Origin: Nitrospirota bacterium
GTDB taxonomy: Bacteria > Nitrospirota > UBA9217
Length of the DNA stretch: 64,000 nucleotides
Assembly: GCA_963751455.1 (NCBI GenBank)
Contig: CAVVUN010000015.1
Location: 480,001-544,000, forward strand
Direction: 5' to 3'
Shown piece after piece: positions 61,481-64,000 of the stretch. The notes under the pieces were generated by a model. It saw only the letters and a program-made list of their open reading frames with translations, was not told the origin of the DNA and did no database searches. The translations under genes were made by a program, and so were the position numbers. Every line of letters starts with the position of its first letter. Positions within the stretch are counted from its first letter, which is position 1.

Positions 61481-62683
61481 TTGAAGCTGTGTTTCCCAAA
61501 AAAAGCCATCCTGCTCGGACTTATCCTCCTGGCGACCGGAGCCTGCGCCCTTCCGCCGGTGACAAAATCGGAAGATGCGCTCAAGAAGCCGACATGGTGG
61601 AGTCCGGTTAAGCCCAATGACGATGAAGGTTTCAGGGACATTGCTGACGCGGTCCGTCAGAGCCAGGAATATTACAAAAAACTGCCTCCCGATATGCTTC
61701 TGTATTTCGGCCCCGAACGGGTGACCCCTTTCGACATGATCGTAACCCTCCAGAATTTTCTCTTAATAATCGAGAACGGTTCGCTCGCCTACGATCAGAA
61801 GATAAAACAGATAGAAAACGACTTCGAATTTTACCGCTCCGTCGGCTCTAACGGCAGCGGCCGCGTGCTGTTCACCGGGTATTATGAACCGAAGCTTAAC
61901 TGCAGACCGGCGCGGGATGAAGCGCATAAATATCCTCTCTATAAACGGCCGGACGATATCATTGAAGTGGACCTTTCCCAATTCGGAGACGGGCTTCCTA
62001 AAAACAAGCTTCTGGGAAGGCTCGAAGGCAAGAGAGTGATACCCTATTTTTCCCGTGAGGAGATCGACGAGAAGAACGCTTTGGCGAACAGGAAGCTGGA
62101 GATGCTGTGGTGTTCGGACCTGGTCGATATTTTTTTTCTGCAGGTCCAAGGTTCGGGTAAAGTTGATCTTGGGGACGGAAATCTCTTAAGCGTGCTCTAT
62201 GACGGGCAGAACGGCAGGTCCTATCGCAGCATCGGGAAGTATCTGATCGATGCGGGAATCATTCCCAGGGAAGAAATGACAATGCAGATAACGCGTCAAT
62301 ATCTGCGTGACAATCCGGAGCAGCTGCCGATGATTCTGAACCAGAACCCCAGCTACGTCTTCTTCCGGCTGGGCAGCGGCCCGTCAGTCGGAAACATCGG
62401 CGTACCGCTTACGCCCGGACGTTCGATAGCCACGGACAGCAGGCTTTTCCCGAAGGGAGCTCTTGCGTTCATCTCCACGACAAAGCCAAAGATCGAGAAC
62501 GGAATAATAACGGAATGGGTCCCTTTTACAAGGTTCGTCATGAACCAGGACACCGGTGGCGCCATCAGGGGGCCGGGCAGGGTGGACCTTTTCTGGGGCC
62601 AGGGTCAGGAGGCGGAGATCGCCGCTGGCCATATGCAACAGGAAGGGGAGCTGTATTTCCTGATCAGGAAGAAGCTGCAATAG
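61481..62683 (+). CDS. mltA: Membrane-bound lytic murein transglycosylase A
   Basis: Lipobox GAC, FTGYYEP, QVQGSG, NPSYVFF, SIATD, QDTGGAI.G..RVDLFWG. Confidence 0.94.
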   Translation: MKLCFPKKAILLGLILLATGACALPPVTKSEDALKKPTWWSPVKPNDDEGFRDIADAVRQSQEYYKKLPPDMLLYFGPERVTPFDMIVTLQNFLLIIENGSLAYDQKIKQIENDFEFYRSVGSNGSGRVLFTGYYEPKLNCRPARDEAHKYPLYKRPDDIIEVDLSQFGDGLPKNKLLGRLEGKRVIPYFSREEIDEKNALANRKLEMLWCSDLVDIFFLQVQGSGKVDLGDGNLLSVLYDGQNGRSYRSIGKYLIDAGIIPREEMTMQITRQYLRDNPEQLPMILNQNPSYVFFRLGSGPSVGNIGVPLTPGRSIATDSRLFPKGALAFISTTKPKIENGIITEWVPFTRFVMNQDTGGAIRGPGRVDLFWGQGQEAEIAAGHMQQEGELYFLIRKKLQ

Positions 62684-63075
62684 AATAGCGGTTTAAAGAA
62701 CGCCATCCGATTCCTACATTCTGTCTCATCCCTCAATTCGAAATCCGTTCACCCCGTTAGAGCTTTTCATCTCTAACGGGAGAGGTCGTACCTCCCCGAT
62801 CTTTTTTTACCCCGTAGCAACTCGTGCGGATACAATACTCGAAGCGATAAATTATCAAGCCGGGTGATTCCGATAATACTTGCTGTGGCGACGCTGATTC
62901 GGGGCTCATCAACTTCTTGATTTTTATCTATTTCTGTACTATTGTAGATTCCATCAGTTTCCCCCTCATGCCCGCTTAGTTGCTTCCTTCCTTGACTTCT
63001 GCGGCAGAGAATCTTTAATAAGGGTCGATTATGCACGAAGGAAGATCCTAAGAGGTTCCCCTTATTGGAGAATGC

Positions 63076-63419
63076 ATGAAACAGCTAGTACCCACTGAAG
63101 TTGTGGGAAAAAAATTTTGTTAATTCGAGGGCAAAAGGTAGTCCTCGATGTCAAACTCGCAGAATTGTACAGCGTGACCACCAAAGCGTTTAATCAGGCC
63201 GTGAAACGTAACATCGATCGTTTTCCCAAAGATTTCATGTTTCAGCTCACACCCGACGAGGCCCTCACCATCCGGTCACAATTTGTGACCGCATCGGGGG
63301 CAAACAGAGGAAAGCACGCTGAGAACCACCGTCCCGAAAGAATCAAGATCGAGATAAACGAAGCGAAGTATCCGGTGGAGAAGGCGAAAGGTTCTGGCAG
63401 GAAGTATAATAACCTATAA
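63076..63419 (+). pseudogene. Frameshifted ORF6N-domain N-terminus fused to a MazG-like C-terminal fragment
   Basis: MKQLVPTEVV then a shift in an A7 run into LIRGQKV.LD..LAELY..NQAVKRN..RFP.DFMFQL..RSQFVT; tail NEAKYPVEKAKGS.RKY. Confidence 0.7.
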
Positions 63420-63477
63420 CATTTGAACAGTAAGACATCATCAGTCGATTTTTTATACCCTGCTCACGAATGCGTTT

Positions 63478-64000
63478 ATGGTAGACAATAAACTTATAGA
63501 GACTATCCTGGCAATACCCTCGGAATCGCGCACGCTGGAATTCAAGCGCTTGGGATCGAGAAATGAAGGTCTCGATAAAACGCTGCAATCCATCGTCGCC
63601 ATGTCCAACACTGATGGTGGACTGTTGATATTGGGTATTGATGATCCGCAAAAAACGACTCGCAAAGGACATGATAGAATTTACGGGATTGAAGAAAATA
63701 TTCACCTATACGACGAGATTGGTCACGCGGTAAAGAAAATTTCGCCGCCCATAGCGGGAATCTGGCCGCCTGATCTGATCGAAATCCAGGGCAAAAATAT
63801 TCGAATCGGATTGCTTGCAATTCCCAAGATGGGGGACGGTTTCCGATCGATAGAAAACCATGTCTATATCCGTCAGGAGCGTGGAAATAAACGCTTGTCT
63901 CCGCAGGAGATCATTCATTATGCCTATGTGAAAGGGTTTGAACGGTCTGACAAGGAACCGGTTAAGGTAGATTTCAGTCTTCTTAAAACGCACTATTACG
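63478..64000 (+). CDS. AlbA_2 (Schlafen-like) domain protein, partial, runs off the window
   Basis: ESRTLEFK...IVAMSNTDGGLLILGIDD; frame stays open to the window end. Confidence 0.85.
   Translation, partial: MVDNKLIETILAIPSESRTLEFKRLGSRNEGLDKTLQSIVAMSNTDGGLLILGIDDPQKTTRKGHDRIYGIEENIHLYDEIGHAVKKISPPIAGIWPPDLIEIQGKNIRIGLLAIPKMGDGFRSIENHVYIRQERGNKRLSPQEIIHYAYVKGFERSDKEPVKVDFSLLKTHYY

Overview
A 64 kb bacterial chromosomal window of moderately high GC, mostly housekeeping genes. The gene content and the order ispE-spoVG-tRNA-Gln-prs-rplY-pth-ychF suggest a Nitrospirota- or Desulfobacterota-like organism (inference). It also holds an extended PilT, GTP-PEPCK, a CHASE/LytS-LytTR two-component system with a triheme cytochrome, PolX, a liv ABC transporter, an sdhCAB/fumC/malic enzyme/GDH cluster, pcnB-rsmE, rpiB-glyA-dCMP deaminase-nrdR-priA, a TolC-EmrA-EmrB efflux set, csp and mltA. 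Two small decayed accessory or defence patches are present: a type III restriction remnant, and an ORF6N/MazG chimera followed by an AlbA_2 gene. No CRISPR array, rRNA or intact transposase is visible. The most notable signals are: (i) a tandem Hfq/Sm-like gene directly behind a PilT with a duplicated N-domain; (ii) a tandem kinase-pseudokinase gene behind pckG; (iii) a repeated structured element (GCCTGCA...TGCAGGGC with covarying hairpins) inserted into other repeats; (iv) pervasive period-7/8/9 inverted tandem repeats at operon junctions, plus MITEs and an in-frame palindrome inside rsmE. All family assignments come from motif recognition by eye; no searches were run.
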